A stretch of DNA of 64,000 nt from an uncultured bacterium (GCA_963845185.1 CAWJRG010000005.1:32001-96000), one strand, 5' to 3'; positions 18,459-28,880 are shown, counted from the first letter of the stretch. The notes: generated from the sequence alone by a model not told the origin. Program-made: numbers and translations.

Positions 18459-21353
18459 CTAATTCGTCTTAACTTTTGCCGTGGCTGTCTTCAGCCCCTT
18501 TGATGATGCCGTAATCTTTATATCCCCCGGTGTTTCATTTGAACGGATAATTGCGAGGCACATGCCGTGGAAAGCCCTGCACTCTTTGGCGTTAAAAAAC
18601 GCGTGGTTTATGGAATTCCCGTTGCCTGTCGCTGCAAGTATTCCGTTGCCGCTGACCTTGAATTTTATATTGTTATCCGCGTCCGGGCATACCACGCCTT
18701 TGCTGTCAGTCACCCTGACCGTTATATAAGCCAAATCATCGCCGTCCGCTGATATTTCAGGCCTGTCGATTGCAAGTGTTATATTTTCAGGTTTGCCTGC
18801 AGTCCTGACATCCTGCCTGCATATTTCCTTGCCCTGTTTTTTTGCCACTGCCGTGATTTTACCCGGGGTATATGGCACCTGCCATTCAACGTGCAGTTGG
18901 CGCGTGTCTGCCATATTTTTCTCGCCAAGCGATTTGCCGTTCAAGAAAAGCTCAACAGAATCGCAGTTGCTGTAAACCCAGACCGGTATTTGCTTTCCCT
19001 CGTAACCTTTCCAGTTCCAGTGGGGAAGGACATGCACCATTGGCGTATCTGTCCACTGGCTCTGGTAAATATAATAACGGTCCTTGGGGAATCCGCATAA
19101 ATCCGTAATGCCGAAATATGAAATGCATGACGGCCAGTCATACGGCGTGGGCTCTCCTATGTAATCAAAGCCTGTCCAGACAAATTCGCCCGCCACCCAG
19201 GGTGAATCTTTTAAAGCCCTTAAAGAATCCTCTGCATTGTTTCCCCATCCGGGTTGGCACACATCGTATGAAGAACATTGCGAGTTTAGCCGCGGCTCGA
19301 TGACAGGTTCTCCCTGCTCCAGCACAAGGTTATATTCCCCCCTGGTGCTTACCGCCGAAGCTGTTTCAGAGGCGATAAGTTTCCTCATTCCCTTATATTT
19401 TTTATAGGCATATATGTTGTAATTTATGCCTACCACATCAAGCTGGCCTGTTATTATGCTGTCCGGACCGTTGCATGCCGCTGTAACAAGCCTTGACGGG
19501 TCTTCCCTGTGGCAAATATCAACGAGCTTTCCGGCTATGCTGGAAGCCGCGTCTTTGTCGCTTGACCATTGCTCAAGAACCTCGTTTCCTATGCTCCACA
19601 TTATTATGCAGGCATGATTCCTGTCGCGGTGCAGCATGCTTACAAGGTCGCTTTCGCTCCAGTCGTCAAAAAACCTGCCGTACCCGTATTGTGTCTTGCT
19701 TTCTTTCCATTCGTCAAATGCCTCGTCCATTACAAGCATGCCCATGCGGTCGCATATTTCTAGGAGCTCAGGCGCTGGCGGGTTATGGCTCGTGCGTATC
19801 GCGTTGCATCCCATGGCCTTCATTATCTCAAGCTCCCGCTCTATTGCCCTTTTATGCACTGCTGTGCCGAGGTATCCCTCGTCATGGTGCAGGCACACTC
19901 CTTTTATTGCCACATGCTTTTTATTCAGGAAAAATCCTTCATCCTCGGTGAATTCTACTGAACGTATGCCGAATGTCGTCACGTAAGCGTCCTTTGCTTT
20001 ATTATTGACAAGTACCATGGAAAGAGCCGTATATAAATCCGGCGAATCAGGCGACCACAGCATTGGTCTTGCAATTTTCATCTCCTGACCTATTTCCTTT
20101 TCGCTTTTAGCGCTGATTTTCTCCGTTGAATCGGCTGTTGCGCATACGCTGTTGTTTTTGTCTATGATTATAGTCTGAAGCGTGATTTCCGTCTCTGAAT
20201 CGCCGCTGTTTTCTATGCTTGTTTTCATATTGATTTTTGCTTCCGAATCCAATATTTCCGGCGTTGTTATATATGTGCCCCATTTTGCTATATGCACCGG
20301 GTTTACAGCCACTAGCCTTACATGCCTGTATATGCCTGCGCCCGAATACCACCTGGTACAAGGCTGTTCTACGTTCACGCGCACCGCTATCAGGTTCTCC
20401 CCGTTTCCGTATTTTAAATACGGCGTGAGGTCATAACCGAAACTCGTGTATCCGTAAGGATGGTTTCCCATGTGAGTGCCGTTTATCCAAACGTCGCTGT
20501 CCATGTAAACGCCGTCAAACTCAATGCCGGTGATTAAATTTTTCATCGATTCCGGCAGTTTGAAATTTTTCCTGTACCAGCCTATGCCTCCCTGCAAATA
20601 GCCGTTGCCGCTGCCGCCTTCAGACCCCCTGTTAAAAGGGCCTTCTATCAATTCAAGCTGTTTATCAGCCCAGATACCCGCGTTTCCCTGCCCGTTATAA
20701 ACCCTGACAGCTATGATATTTTTTTCGCCGTATTTTATCAGCTCAGGCTTGATTTTGTACTCCCTGTAATAATTCCATGCGGTCTTGTATTTTGGAGGCA
20801 ACGTGCCCATGCCCCCTATAAACTCGCCGTTAAGATAACTTTCGTCCACATCGTCTATCATGCCGAGGTCTATGATTATAACTTTGCCTTTCATCGAAAC
20901 AGGTATATCTATCTCCCTCCTGTACCACCCATAGTCGTTATCGCCAATGTAATTGGAGTGTTCCTGCCATGTGGCAGGCAGTTGTACTTTTTGCCAGCCG
21001 CTGTCATCATAATCAGGAGCCTTCCAATTCATGTCGTCGCCTTCTTTAAACTTCCATTCTCCGCGGACTATTGACAATTCCTGTGTTCCTGCTGTGCTTG
21101 CATTTGCTGTTGTTTTAACGCAGCCCTCTATGCCCCAGTCATGCGGCAGGTCAATATTGCGCCACGAAGAATTGTCAAAATCCGGTTTTGACGCGTTTTC
21201 CACGTCGCCTCTCTGGAATTTCCAGCCCTTGTCAAACGCTATAATTTGCCTGGAGGTGCTTTTCCCGCTTTCCGATGAAACTAAAATACTCTTATTAATA
21301 AACAAAGATAAAAACATTACCGTGATGAACAACAGTAATCCTATTTTTTTCAT
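18459..21353 (-). CDS. Exported GH2 beta-galactosidase-like glycoside hydrolase
   Basis: LPHDW, FDGVY, RWYSGAGIYR, NAIRTSHNP, WSIGNE and WTGFDYIGEP motifs. Confidence 0.9.
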   Translation of the reverse strand: MKKIGLLLFITVMFLSLFINKSILVSSESGKSTSRQIIAFDKGWKFQRGDVENASKPDFDNSSWRNIDLPHDWGIEGCVKTTANASTAGTQELSIVRGEWKFKEGDDMNWKAPDYDDSGWQKVQLPATWQEHSNYIGDNDYGWYRREIDIPVSMKGKVIIIDLGMIDDVDESYLNGEFIGGMGTLPPKYKTAWNYYREYKIKPELIKYGEKNIIAVRVYNGQGNAGIWADKQLELIEGPFNRGSEGGSGNGYLQGGIGWYRKNFKLPESMKNLITGIEFDGVYMDSDVWINGTHMGNHPYGYTSFGYDLTPYLKYGNGENLIAVRVNVEQPCTRWYSGAGIYRHVRLVAVNPVHIAKWGTYITTPEILDSEAKINMKTSIENSGDSETEITLQTIIIDKNNSVCATADSTEKISAKSEKEIGQEMKIARPMLWSPDSPDLYTALSMVLVNNKAKDAYVTTFGIRSVEFTEDEGFFLNKKHVAIKGVCLHHDEGYLGTAVHKRAIERELEIMKAMGCNAIRTSHNPPAPELLEICDRMGMLVMDEAFDEWKESKTQYGYGRFFDDWSESDLVSMLHRDRNHACIIMWSIGNEVLEQWSSDKDAASSIAGKLVDICHREDPSRLVTAACNGPDSIITGQLDVVGINYNIYAYKKYKGMRKLIASETASAVSTRGEYNLVLEQGEPVIEPRLNSQCSSYDVCQPGWGNNAEDSLRALKDSPWVAGEFVWTGFDYIGEPTPYDWPSCISYFGITDLCGFPKDRYYIYQSQWTDTPMVHVLPHWNWKGYEGKQIPVWVYSNCDSVELFLNGKSLGEKNMADTRQLHVEWQVPYTPGKITAVAKKQGKEICRQDVRTAGKPENITLAIDRPEISADGDDLAYITVRVTDSKGVVCPDADNNIKFKVSGNGILAATGNGNSINHAFFNAKECRAFHGMCLAIIRSNETPGDIKITASSKGLKTATAKVKTN

Positions 21354-21382
21354 CAAGTCTCCCTTAGATTTCGTTTATTTTA

Positions 21383-21685
21383 TCAAGACGTCTTAAACTG
21401 AATTAGCGTCTGCTCAAACTGCTGTTTCTGGTCAACGTTTAATTTGTCAAAATTACCCACAAGGCAGTATGCTGTAACACCTTTAAATTTAAATTTATAA
21501 ACAGGGTTGCCCTGTTTGAGTTCGTCGCCAAAAACATCCACAGTGACCTCGCCTTCCACATTAGCCATTTGCAGGTCGGAATCAAACTCGTTTTTTCTTT
21601 CCGGCGGCAGCGTAATCCATTTTTTTAACGAAACGGTTAAATTTTTATTAACGCAATGTTTTAAAAAAGCCTCTCCTTTTATCAT
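21383..21685 (-). CDS. Hypothetical protein (~100 aa)
   Basis: In-operon ORF with AGAGGTG RBS before ATG 21685. Confidence 0.6.
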   Translation of the reverse strand: MIKGEAFLKHCVNKNLTVSLKKWITLPPERKNEFDSDLQMANVEGEVTVDVFGDELKQGNPVYKFKFKGVTAYCLVGNFDKLNVDQKQQFEQTLIQFKTS

Positions 21686-21759
21686 TTCAAACACCTCTTT
21701 TGGTTTTCATTCAGCATTCAACACTCAACAATCAACAATCCACATTCCGATTCCCGTTA

Positions 21760-22578
21760 CTATATTACCGGCCCGCCGGCTATCATGTCATTGCACCTTA
21801 TGCAGTCTGCCTTGTCGCAGTGCGTAATTTCCGGCTTAATCTGTATTGCCGCAGCCGCGCGTTTTAAAAAAGCTGACATTGGAAAAACCCTCCATAAGCT
21901 TTCTCCTACTTTAATCTTTTTTTCAAGAACCGACAAAACCGGCGCGAGTTTCTCAAAACCCTCGGAGCATCCGCCTATTTCAGCCTGGATAATTTTTTTA
22001 TCAGGCCCGTTTGCCCAGCGTATGAACATTTTCCTGCCCGCTGTCTGCTCTGCAAGATGAATTGCAGTCATCCTGTTTAAACCCACACCCATGAGCAGTA
22101 TAAATCCGTTGAATAACGCGAGCTCACGCAAAGGCGCGTAAACATCCATGGGTTGCTGCTCTTTTACCAGTTCCTGCGCATAGGGACCAATTGCCGCAAA
22201 TGAATCAAGCGGGTGTTTCCCTCTTACCCTTTCTTTCATCCTGATAATTTCAGCAGGTATCGAGCCCATATCCCTGTTTATTTCCCTACTTTCCAGTGAA
22301 TAAACCATATCTTTTTCTTTAGGGTCAATCCACCACACTTTACTGTAATCTATGCCGTTTTGTTTTATCCTTTCATTTTCCGGGGGCATAACCTGGTAAA
22401 TATCCGAAAAAGCCGGAACCAGCATCGTGCATTTTTCTTTTAAAAAAGCCTTGATTATGGTTTTGGCGCCCCCGTCAACCTCGCCGAATGACTTCAAAGA
22501 CGAATGCACGCACATCGCCTTGCCGGATAAATTCAATTCTTTAATGGCTTTTATTATATCCTTTTCTTTGACCGGCAT
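21760..22578 (-). CDS. AAC(3)/YokD-family N-acetyltransferase
   Basis: VHSSLKSFGxVDGG, HPLDSFAAIG and LLMGV...TAIHLAE motifs. Confidence 0.85.
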   Translation of the reverse strand: MPVKEKDIIKAIKELNLSGKAMCVHSSLKSFGEVDGGAKTIIKAFLKEKCTMLVPAFSDIYQVMPPENERIKQNGIDYSKVWWIDPKEKDMVYSLESREINRDMGSIPAEIIRMKERVRGKHPLDSFAAIGPYAQELVKEQQPMDVYAPLRELALFNGFILLMGVGLNRMTAIHLAEQTAGRKMFIRWANGPDKKIIQAEIGGCSEGFEKLAPVLSVLEKKIKVGESLWRVFPMSAFLKRAAAAIQIKPEITHCDKADCIRCNDMIAGGPVI

Positions 22579-22582
22579 CCTG

Positions 22583-23371
22583 TTATGCCTGTCTTCCGGC
22601 TATCACTTCAAGCCTTTTCATTTCAAGCGTCAAAATACCTTTTGAATCCGCCGGGTGCTTTTCAATATATCTTTGAAGTATTTCATTTAAAAATTCCTTT
22701 TTTAATTTTTCCGGCACCCTTTGTATATAAGGCAGCCATGTTGTCCTTATCCATGCCGTCATGCCCGCTTTGTCCTGCCTCATTATCCTGGTTAAAATCT
22801 TCACGTTTTCAGGTTTCAGCCCTGCTTCTCCCAGCCATGCCCTGTATTGTTTTGCCCCGTAAAATCCCCAGGGGAACGAAAACTCCCTGAAATATTTTTT
22901 CCATTTCTTTTTCCTTATTATTTCGTTTACATTATTGACCATCATTTGCGCGTTGCCTTTGCCGCCCATCTGAATAAATATTTTCCCGTTTGGTTTTAAT
23001 GCCTTTTTTATCCTTTTTAAGAGTGATCGGTGGTCAATTACCCAGTGCAGGCATGAATTTGAAAGTATAAGGTCGAATTCATTTTTAAAACTGATTCTTC
23101 GTGCGTCCTTTGTCATAAATGCAAGATTTTTATATTTTCCGCCCTTAAATTCATTTTTGGCATGACCTATCATGCTTTTCGAATTGTCAATGCCCAGGAC
23201 ACTGCTGTTTTTTGCTTTTTCAGCCACAATGGCAGTCAGCCTGCCGTCGCCGCAGCCTATGTCAAGCACATGCCAGCCCGGTTTCATTTTTATCTTTGCG
23301 ATAAGTTCCCTGGCCCATTGCTCCTGGTATTTTGAATTCTTCTTATAGTCTTTAGCGTCCCATTTGTACAT
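22583..23371 (-). CDS. Class I SAM methyltransferase (trans-aconitate methyltransferase-like)
   Basis: VLDIGCGDG and FDLILSNSCLHW motifs. Confidence 0.85.
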   Translation of the reverse strand: MYKWDAKDYKKNSKYQEQWARELIAKIKMKPGWHVLDIGCGDGRLTAIVAEKAKNSSVLGIDNSKSMIGHAKNEFKGGKYKNLAFMTKDARRISFKNEFDLILSNSCLHWVIDHRSLLKRIKKALKPNGKIFIQMGGKGNAQMMVNNVNEIIRKKKWKKYFREFSFPWGFYGAKQYRAWLGEAGLKPENVKILTRIMRQDKAGMTAWIRTTWLPYIQRVPEKLKKEFLNEILQRYIEKHPADSKGILTLEMKRLEVIAGRQA

Positions 23372-23381
23372 GTTTTAATTC

Positions 23382-24299
23382 CTATTTGTCCATTGTCGTC
23401 CTGTTTTTTCCGGCATTTTTGCTGTCATACATTAATTTATCCGCCCGGCTTACAATGCTCGCTATGTTCTCGTTGGGTTTAGCTATTGTAGCGCCTATTG
23501 AGACGGTAACTTTCAGCGGTTCTTTGTCAACAGTCACTCCGGAGCTGGCAACAAGTTCCCTTAATTTTTCAGCAACGCCGTATAAATCCTCGGTATCTAT
23601 GCTTGATACTATTACTATAAATTCCTCCCCTCCCCATCTCCCGACAAAATCTTCTATCCTTACATTGGTAAGCATGGTTTTGGCAACATACTTTAATACC
23701 CTGTCCCCTGTTTCGTGGCCGTAGGTATCGTTGAATTTCTTGAAATTGTCTATGTCGACAAACAGCACGCCGAATTCGCCCCTCCAGGGATGGCGCTGCC
23801 ATTCCTCAAACTTTGTAAGCAGCCTTATTTCCGTATAGCGTCTGTTGCCGACTTCGGTTAATTCGTCTATGAATGCAAGCGCCTGCAGCCTTTCTATTTT
23901 CTGGAAAGCAATAAGATTTTCAGTATTATTCCTGAATATCTCCACGGCTCCGATTACTTTTCCATGCTCATCCCTTATCGGGGTAATGCGCGTGGAAACA
24001 GGTACGCGGTAGCCGTCCTTGTGTTTCAAAAAAATCTCTTCTTTAACCATCCTGTTTTCCTTCATTGCCAGCTCAGCCGGGCATTTGCCGGACTTGCACA
24101 GGTTTTCGCCCTTTGCGTTCACATGCACAAGTATATTATCAAAGCAATGCGTTCCCATTATTTCTTCTTTTACATAACCTGTTATTTCTTCCGCTGCTTT
24201 GTTCCAGAATGTTATCTTTCTTTCCCAGTCGCAGTAATAAACGCCGTCATGCAGGTTGTCAAGCAAAGTCTTGTAAAAATCATCATCTTTTCCGTCCAT
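23382..24299 (-). CDS. PAS-GGDEF diguanylate cyclase
   Basis: PAS (WNKAAEEITGY), DIDNFKKFNDTYGH, RIED I-site, GGEEF active site. Confidence 0.92.
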   Translation of the reverse strand: MDGKDDDFYKTLLDNLHDGVYYCDWERKITFWNKAAEEITGYVKEEIMGTHCFDNILVHVNAKGENLCKSGKCPAELAMKENRMVKEEIFLKHKDGYRVPVSTRITPIRDEHGKVIGAVEIFRNNTENLIAFQKIERLQALAFIDELTEVGNRRYTEIRLLTKFEEWQRHPWRGEFGVLFVDIDNFKKFNDTYGHETGDRVLKYVAKTMLTNVRIEDFVGRWGGEEFIVIVSSIDTEDLYGVAEKLRELVASSGVTVDKEPLKVTVSIGATIAKPNENIASIVSRADKLMYDSKNAGKNRTTMDK

Positions 24300-24348
24300 T
24301 TTCTCTCCTGATATTTTCAAGCTGTTTTAATAAATGGGACTAAAATAA

Positions 24349-25371
24349 TTACCAGTTTTCCCTGTCTTTTATTCCGAGGTTCTTTACCAATTTCGCCTTA
24401 ATAAAACTGGCACCGTAAATAAAAAGCGTGATAAAACACACAACCGGGTGGTACAGCCAGGCTGTTTGCCTTTTCCTGATAAAACCCGCAATCATCTGTA
24501 TTAAAAGAGGTATTATAGTTACGCAGCAAACGCTGAATAATAGTATGCCCGTCAGAGGAAATTTGCTCCACGGATAAGTCCTTTCGCTGCTTTTGTTAAA
24601 ATAAAGGAAATCAAGTATGCGCCTCTGCTGTTTTTTTATGAATGATTTCAGGTTTCTTGAATATATATGCACTATGCCTGTCTTTACTTTTACGAACCTG
24701 TTAAATCCCTGTTTTACAAGCTCGTAAACAATATCAATGTCAAACATATAAGGCGCGTATTTTGTTTTTAAAAGCATGCCTTTCCTCAGGAAAGTGCCGT
24801 TTGCGCCTATTGTCGGGATATTTTTTTTATCCAGGTTAATAACGATTTTATTTTCGTCTTCTTTGCAGTCAAGCTTGAACCCGGTCCATTTGCCCGTTAT
24901 ATAGCTGTACTTGTCATAATTGCCTATAAAAAGGCACAGCGGGTCATTGGCCCCTGACATGGCAAAATACTTTGTCAAGGGGGTGTCTTTTTCCCTGTAA
25001 ACAAAATACAGCGGCTCAGTGCCTATTATTTCGGGCATAAGCTCAAAAGGCTCGGCCATTTTTTGTATATAATCCGGACCGGGCATTATGTTATCGCTGT
25101 CAATGAACGCAAGTATGTCGCCTTTTGCCTTGTCTATCCCGACAGATTTTCCCGCTTCGCCTGTTTTTAACGGGTTCGCGTGTATGCTTATGCTGATTTT
25201 ATCCTTATAGGAATTCACTATTTCAAGGGTTTTATCCTTTGAGCCCGCGTCAACTATTATGAGCTCCAGTTTTTCTTCCGGGTAATCCTGGGATATTATG
25301 GCGTCAATACATTCGCCTATCACGTTTTCCGAATTATAGGTGGGGGTTATTATTGATATATATGGCTGCAT
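24349..25371 (-). CDS. GT2 glycosyltransferase with C-terminal TM helices
   Basis: ISIITPTYN, IVDAGSKD and FIDSD motifs. Confidence 0.9.
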   Translation of the reverse strand: MQPYISIITPTYNSENVIGECIDAIISQDYPEEKLELIIVDAGSKDKTLEIVNSYKDKISISIHANPLKTGEAGKSVGIDKAKGDILAFIDSDNIMPGPDYIQKMAEPFELMPEIIGTEPLYFVYREKDTPLTKYFAMSGANDPLCLFIGNYDKYSYITGKWTGFKLDCKEDENKIVINLDKKNIPTIGANGTFLRKGMLLKTKYAPYMFDIDIVYELVKQGFNRFVKVKTGIVHIYSRNLKSFIKKQQRRILDFLYFNKSSERTYPWSKFPLTGILLFSVCCVTIIPLLIQMIAGFIRKRQTAWLYHPVVCFITLFIYGASFIKAKLVKNLGIKDRENW

Positions 25372-25407
25372 TTGTTTTTGCTCCGCAATACGCAATCCTC
25401 AGTTTCA

Positions 25408-26856
25408 TTATTTCTTGTCCCTTTTAAAGTCCATTATATGGCCCATAGCCGCCTTGCCTGCCTTAAAAAGGAAAGTAAAATCTTCCCAGGTTCTGATTTC
25501 AGCGAACTGCCTCATTATGAATTTCGGCGTCATAAATGCACTGTAGATGTCGTCGCATATTTTCATTACGTCGGCAGGCTCCATGTCGGGAAATTTAAAA
25601 ACCGGCCTTGTCATGTCGAATTTTTCCCAGTCCCCCGGAGTAAACCTCAGCCAGCTATTTTCCACTGCCTGCTTGTATAAGGGCGTGCCCGGGTAAGCGA
25701 TTACAACCGTTGCCTGCAGCATGTCTGCCAGGCCCTTGTCAAGCAGCCTTTTTGCCATGTCGTATGTCCTCATAGCGTCTTCTTTTGTTTCCCACGGGTA
25801 ACCTACCATTATGGTAAGGTGCACGCCGATGCCGGCATCTTTCGCTATCCTGCAGCCTTTTTCAATATCCTCAACCTTTGTGCCCTTGCACAGCCTGTCA
25901 AGCGTGTGCTGGTTCGCGGATTCAAGCCCGAACTTTAAAAGCCTGAAGCCCGCTTTTTTCATCAAAGGCGCTATCGTCTCGTTTATATAGTCGAACCTGA
26001 AATTCGCCATAAGCGATATTTTGTATTTCCTGTCCAGCACTCCCTGGCAGAATTTCTTCAGCCACTCACCCCTGGGGAATGTGCCTGTATCGTCAAAAAT
26101 TTCCCTTATCCTGTAGTTCTCAATCAGCAGCCCGATTTCGTCAAGCAGGCTTTCCGGAGACCTTGTCCTGAATGTCGGAAAAAGGGTTGTCCATGAACAG
26201 AATGTGCATTTTGCCCACGGGCAGTCCCTTCCGGTCATCGTGTAAGTATATGGGCTGTATTTGAAAAATTTTTCGCCGTATAATTTCCATTTTGTGAGTT
26301 CCCTGTCTATAAAAGGAAGCGTGTTAAGGTCATGGTCAAGCTTGAACTTCCCCGTGTTTTTTACTTCTCCCGAATCCCTGTACCATATGCCCGGCTCAAG
26401 CGCTGCCTTCCCCTGTATCCATTCGGCAATGTTTAAAAGCAGGAAATCATAATCCCCGCCCGTCAGCACAAAATCAGTTTTCGAATTTTGCATTGTTTCG
26501 TCGGGCATTGCCGTCACGTGGTCGCCCATCATTACCACTTTTGCTTCCGGCAGTGCGTATTTAATGTCCTCTATTATGCACCAGTGCTGTTTGACGACCG
26601 GCGTTTTTGTTTCGATTGCTATTAAATCGGGTTTTTCCTCGATAAGCAGTTTCATGTAGTCTTCCAAAGACTTTTTTTCGGCTATGTAGTCGTTCCATAT
26701 AACGTCGTAACCTTTTGACTTTAATAGCGTGGCTGCCGACGCAGGAACCATCGGATAAATAAACGACGGGTTGTGGAACCACTGAAACTGCCTGTTCTGG
26801 CCTAAAGTCGGCGTCCCCTCGCCCTGCAAAGGCGGGTAGGATATCATGATTTTCAT
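25408..26856 (-). CDS. B12-binding radical SAM protein
   Basis: N-terminal cobalamin-binding-like region; CPWAKCTFC cluster motif; FGLESANQ. Confidence 0.88.
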   Translation of the reverse strand: MKIMISYPPLQGEGTPTLGQNRQFQWFHNPSFIYPMVPASAATLLKSKGYDVIWNDYIAEKKSLEDYMKLLIEEKPDLIAIETKTPVVKQHWCIIEDIKYALPEAKVVMMGDHVTAMPDETMQNSKTDFVLTGGDYDFLLLNIAEWIQGKAALEPGIWYRDSGEVKNTGKFKLDHDLNTLPFIDRELTKWKLYGEKFFKYSPYTYTMTGRDCPWAKCTFCSWTTLFPTFRTRSPESLLDEIGLLIENYRIREIFDDTGTFPRGEWLKKFCQGVLDRKYKISLMANFRFDYINETIAPLMKKAGFRLLKFGLESANQHTLDRLCKGTKVEDIEKGCRIAKDAGIGVHLTIMVGYPWETKEDAMRTYDMAKRLLDKGLADMLQATVVIAYPGTPLYKQAVENSWLRFTPGDWEKFDMTRPVFKFPDMEPADVMKICDDIYSAFMTPKFIMRQFAEIRTWEDFTFLFKAGKAAMGHIMDFKRDKK

Positions 26857-26869
26857 AATTGATCTCCTT

Positions 26870-26970
26870 TGATAGCGTTTATTTTGTCAAGCCGAAGGCG
26901 CCGACAAAATATTACGCTATCATGTATCCGATCAAGTCCGAGGCCGCAAAGCCGAGGACAAGCGGTGCTG
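26870..26970 (+). repeat. Two-hairpin dispersed element, copy D
   Basis: TGATAGCGT...GCC-GAA-GGC...ACGCTATCA then GTATCCGATCAA-GTCC-GA-GGC-CGCAAA-GCC-GA-GGAC-AAGCGGTGC; abuts the RBS of the radical SAM gene. Confidence 0.9.
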
Positions 26971-27004
26971 CTATTCTTGTTTGCTCTATTGCTGTCCAAA
27001 GAAA

Positions 27005-27088
27005 TTCACCCTCATCCTGGCTTTCTCCCGTCAAGGGAGAAGGAAAAAACACCCCCTCTCCCCTTGCGGGAGAGGGTAGGGTGAGGGG
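27005..27088. repeat. CCCTC REP/RIME-like inverted doublet
   Basis: Same unit as 13881, in the opposite relative arrangement. Confidence 0.85.
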
Positions 27089-27097
27089 TCTATTCTT

Positions 27098-28105
27098 TTA
27101 TTTTGGACAAGAATGAGTCTGCTCGTCTTTTAATTTTTTAGAAAATAAGCCTTTAATAAAGTATATTCCATAATATACATGTGTCAACAGTATTCCAAGT
27201 ATCACATGTGCGGAATATTTTATATTTTTAACCCTTATTCCGTCTATTAAAAGCAAAACAAGGTAAATCATGGCAGGCGCAAGCCACAAAAAACACAATA
27301 TTTTACCGCAGTTGACAAAAAAGGAAAAAACAAAGCTTAAAAGATAAATCACAAAAAAAGTCGGTATGAAATAGGACAGCCTGAATGAAGTCTCGGGGAA
27401 CCTTTTGACAAAATATCCCCTGTGGGTGGCGTAATTTTTCACCTGGTTTATGTGCCCTGTAAAAAAATTCCTCCTGTGGTGAAAAACTATTACGCCCGGG
27501 TCGTATACTATCCTCATTTTTAGGTCCTTTACTATTTTCAGGCATATTACCGTGTCCTCGCCCGGCCAGAAAGCCGTGTTAAAACCCCCTATTTTATTAA
27601 GTATATCCCGCCTTATTATTAAATTGCTGGATGGGTAATCGTCAACATCGCGTCTTTTTTCCGGCATATACCTGTACCTGTAACCGCCGCCGCCCAAAAA
27701 GGAAGAGTATATAAATCCACTTACTTTTTGCAGGAAAGAATCCGACTCGGGAGTTACCGCCGGCCCGCATACCGACGCGATATTTTTGTCTTCGTTGAAT
27801 ATTTCAATCGCCCGCTTCAGCCATGTCTTGCCCGGGAAGACGTCGTCGTCTATAAAAGCTATTATCCGCCCTGCCGCATGCTTCAGGCCTATGTCCCTTT
27901 TCGCGCCCGGGAATATGTGCCCGGTCGGGATTATTTTTATTTTAAACGCGTGCTTCTTTACGCTCTTGTCTTTTTTATCGGGTAATATGATGACTTCCAG
28001 GTCTTTCCTTTTGAAATCAATAGAGTTGATATACGAAAGCGATTCTTTTATATAATCGTTTATTTCCTTTACGGGTATTATTATGCTTACTTTTGAAGTT
28101 TTCAT
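27098..28105 (-). CDS. GT2 glycosyltransferase with C-terminal TM helices
   Basis: VSIIIP, AFIDDD and PGEDT motifs. Confidence 0.9.
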   Translation of the reverse strand: MKTSKVSIIIPVKEINDYIKESLSYINSIDFKRKDLEVIILPDKKDKSVKKHAFKIKIIPTGHIFPGAKRDIGLKHAAGRIIAFIDDDVFPGKTWLKRAIEIFNEDKNIASVCGPAVTPESDSFLQKVSGFIYSSFLGGGGYRYRYMPEKRRDVDDYPSSNLIIRRDILNKIGGFNTAFWPGEDTVICLKIVKDLKMRIVYDPGVIVFHHRRNFFTGHINQVKNYATHRGYFVKRFPETSFRLSYFIPTFFVIYLLSFVFSFFVNCGKILCFLWLAPAMIYLVLLLIDGIRVKNIKYSAHVILGILLTHVYYGIYFIKGLFSKKLKDEQTHSCPK

Positions 28106-28833
28106 TGCGTCTTGTCATAATATCGCAGTATTCTCAGCCGGTAAAAAACTGCTGCGGTATCCCACATCATATTAAATATCGCCATAAAAGTTATATGGCC
28201 AAATCTGCCTTTATACTCTACGACAACCGGCGCTTCAGATATTTTAAAGCCGTTGTGATGTGCCAGCACGAGAAGCTCGAGGTCAAAAGCGTATCTTTTT
28301 ATAAGTACTTTATGAAAGACCTTTTCCAGTACTTCTCTTTTAAAAAGTTTAATGCCTGTCTGGGTATCGCGGAGCGGCAGGCCGAAAAGCAGCTTAACGA
28401 TAAAAAAATAACCAGCGGACATAATCCTCCTTCTCACCGGGTAATGTAAAACCGATCGAGGGTGCCTTTTTGACCCTATTACAACATCGGCATTTTCTTT
28501 ATTCATGGTGCCAAACAGCACTTCGAACTGCTTCGGGTGTATATCAAGATCCCCGTCAAGAAACATAACAAGGTCGCCGCTGCTTTTCCTGAAGGCTTCT
28601 TTTAACGCTTCTCCCTTGCCCTGGTTTTTGGCCAGCTTAAATACTTTAATATGCTCCTTGTTTATCTTTGAAACTTTATCAAAGGTCATATCCCTGGAAC
28701 CGTCGTCCATGACTATTATTTCATAACTTAATTTCAGCTTTTTAAAGTATTCATCGGTTTCCAGTATGTTTGCCGCTGCATGCATTTCCTCGTTGTACAT
28801 CGGCATCAGAACCGATAATTTTTTAAATTCCAT
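28102..28833 (-). CDS. GT2 polyprenol-phosphate sugar synthase (DPM/DPG-synthase-like)
   Basis: MPMYNEE, DDGSRD, NQGKG, DGDL, DTQTGIK and FDLELL motifs. Confidence 0.88.
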   Translation of the reverse strand: MEFKKLSVLMPMYNEEMHAAANILETDEYFKKLKLSYEIIVMDDGSRDMTFDKVSKINKEHIKVFKLAKNQGKGEALKEAFRKSSGDLVMFLDGDLDIHPKQFEVLFGTMNKENADVVIGSKRHPRSVLHYPVRRRIMSAGYFFIVKLLFGLPLRDTQTGIKLFKREVLEKVFHKVLIKRYAFDLELLVLAHHNGFKISEAPVVVEYKGRFGHITFMAIFNMMWDTAAVFYRLRILRYYDKTQ

Positions 28834-28880
28834 CATCATTCTCCGTTCTTTATTCTTTCTTATTGTAGAGACACGCCATG

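Noticed and set aside
21760..22578. Acquired aminoglycoside resistance gene
   Set aside because: Family-level motifs only; chromosomal operon context with no linked mobile element; YokD-like homologs are often not resistance enzymes
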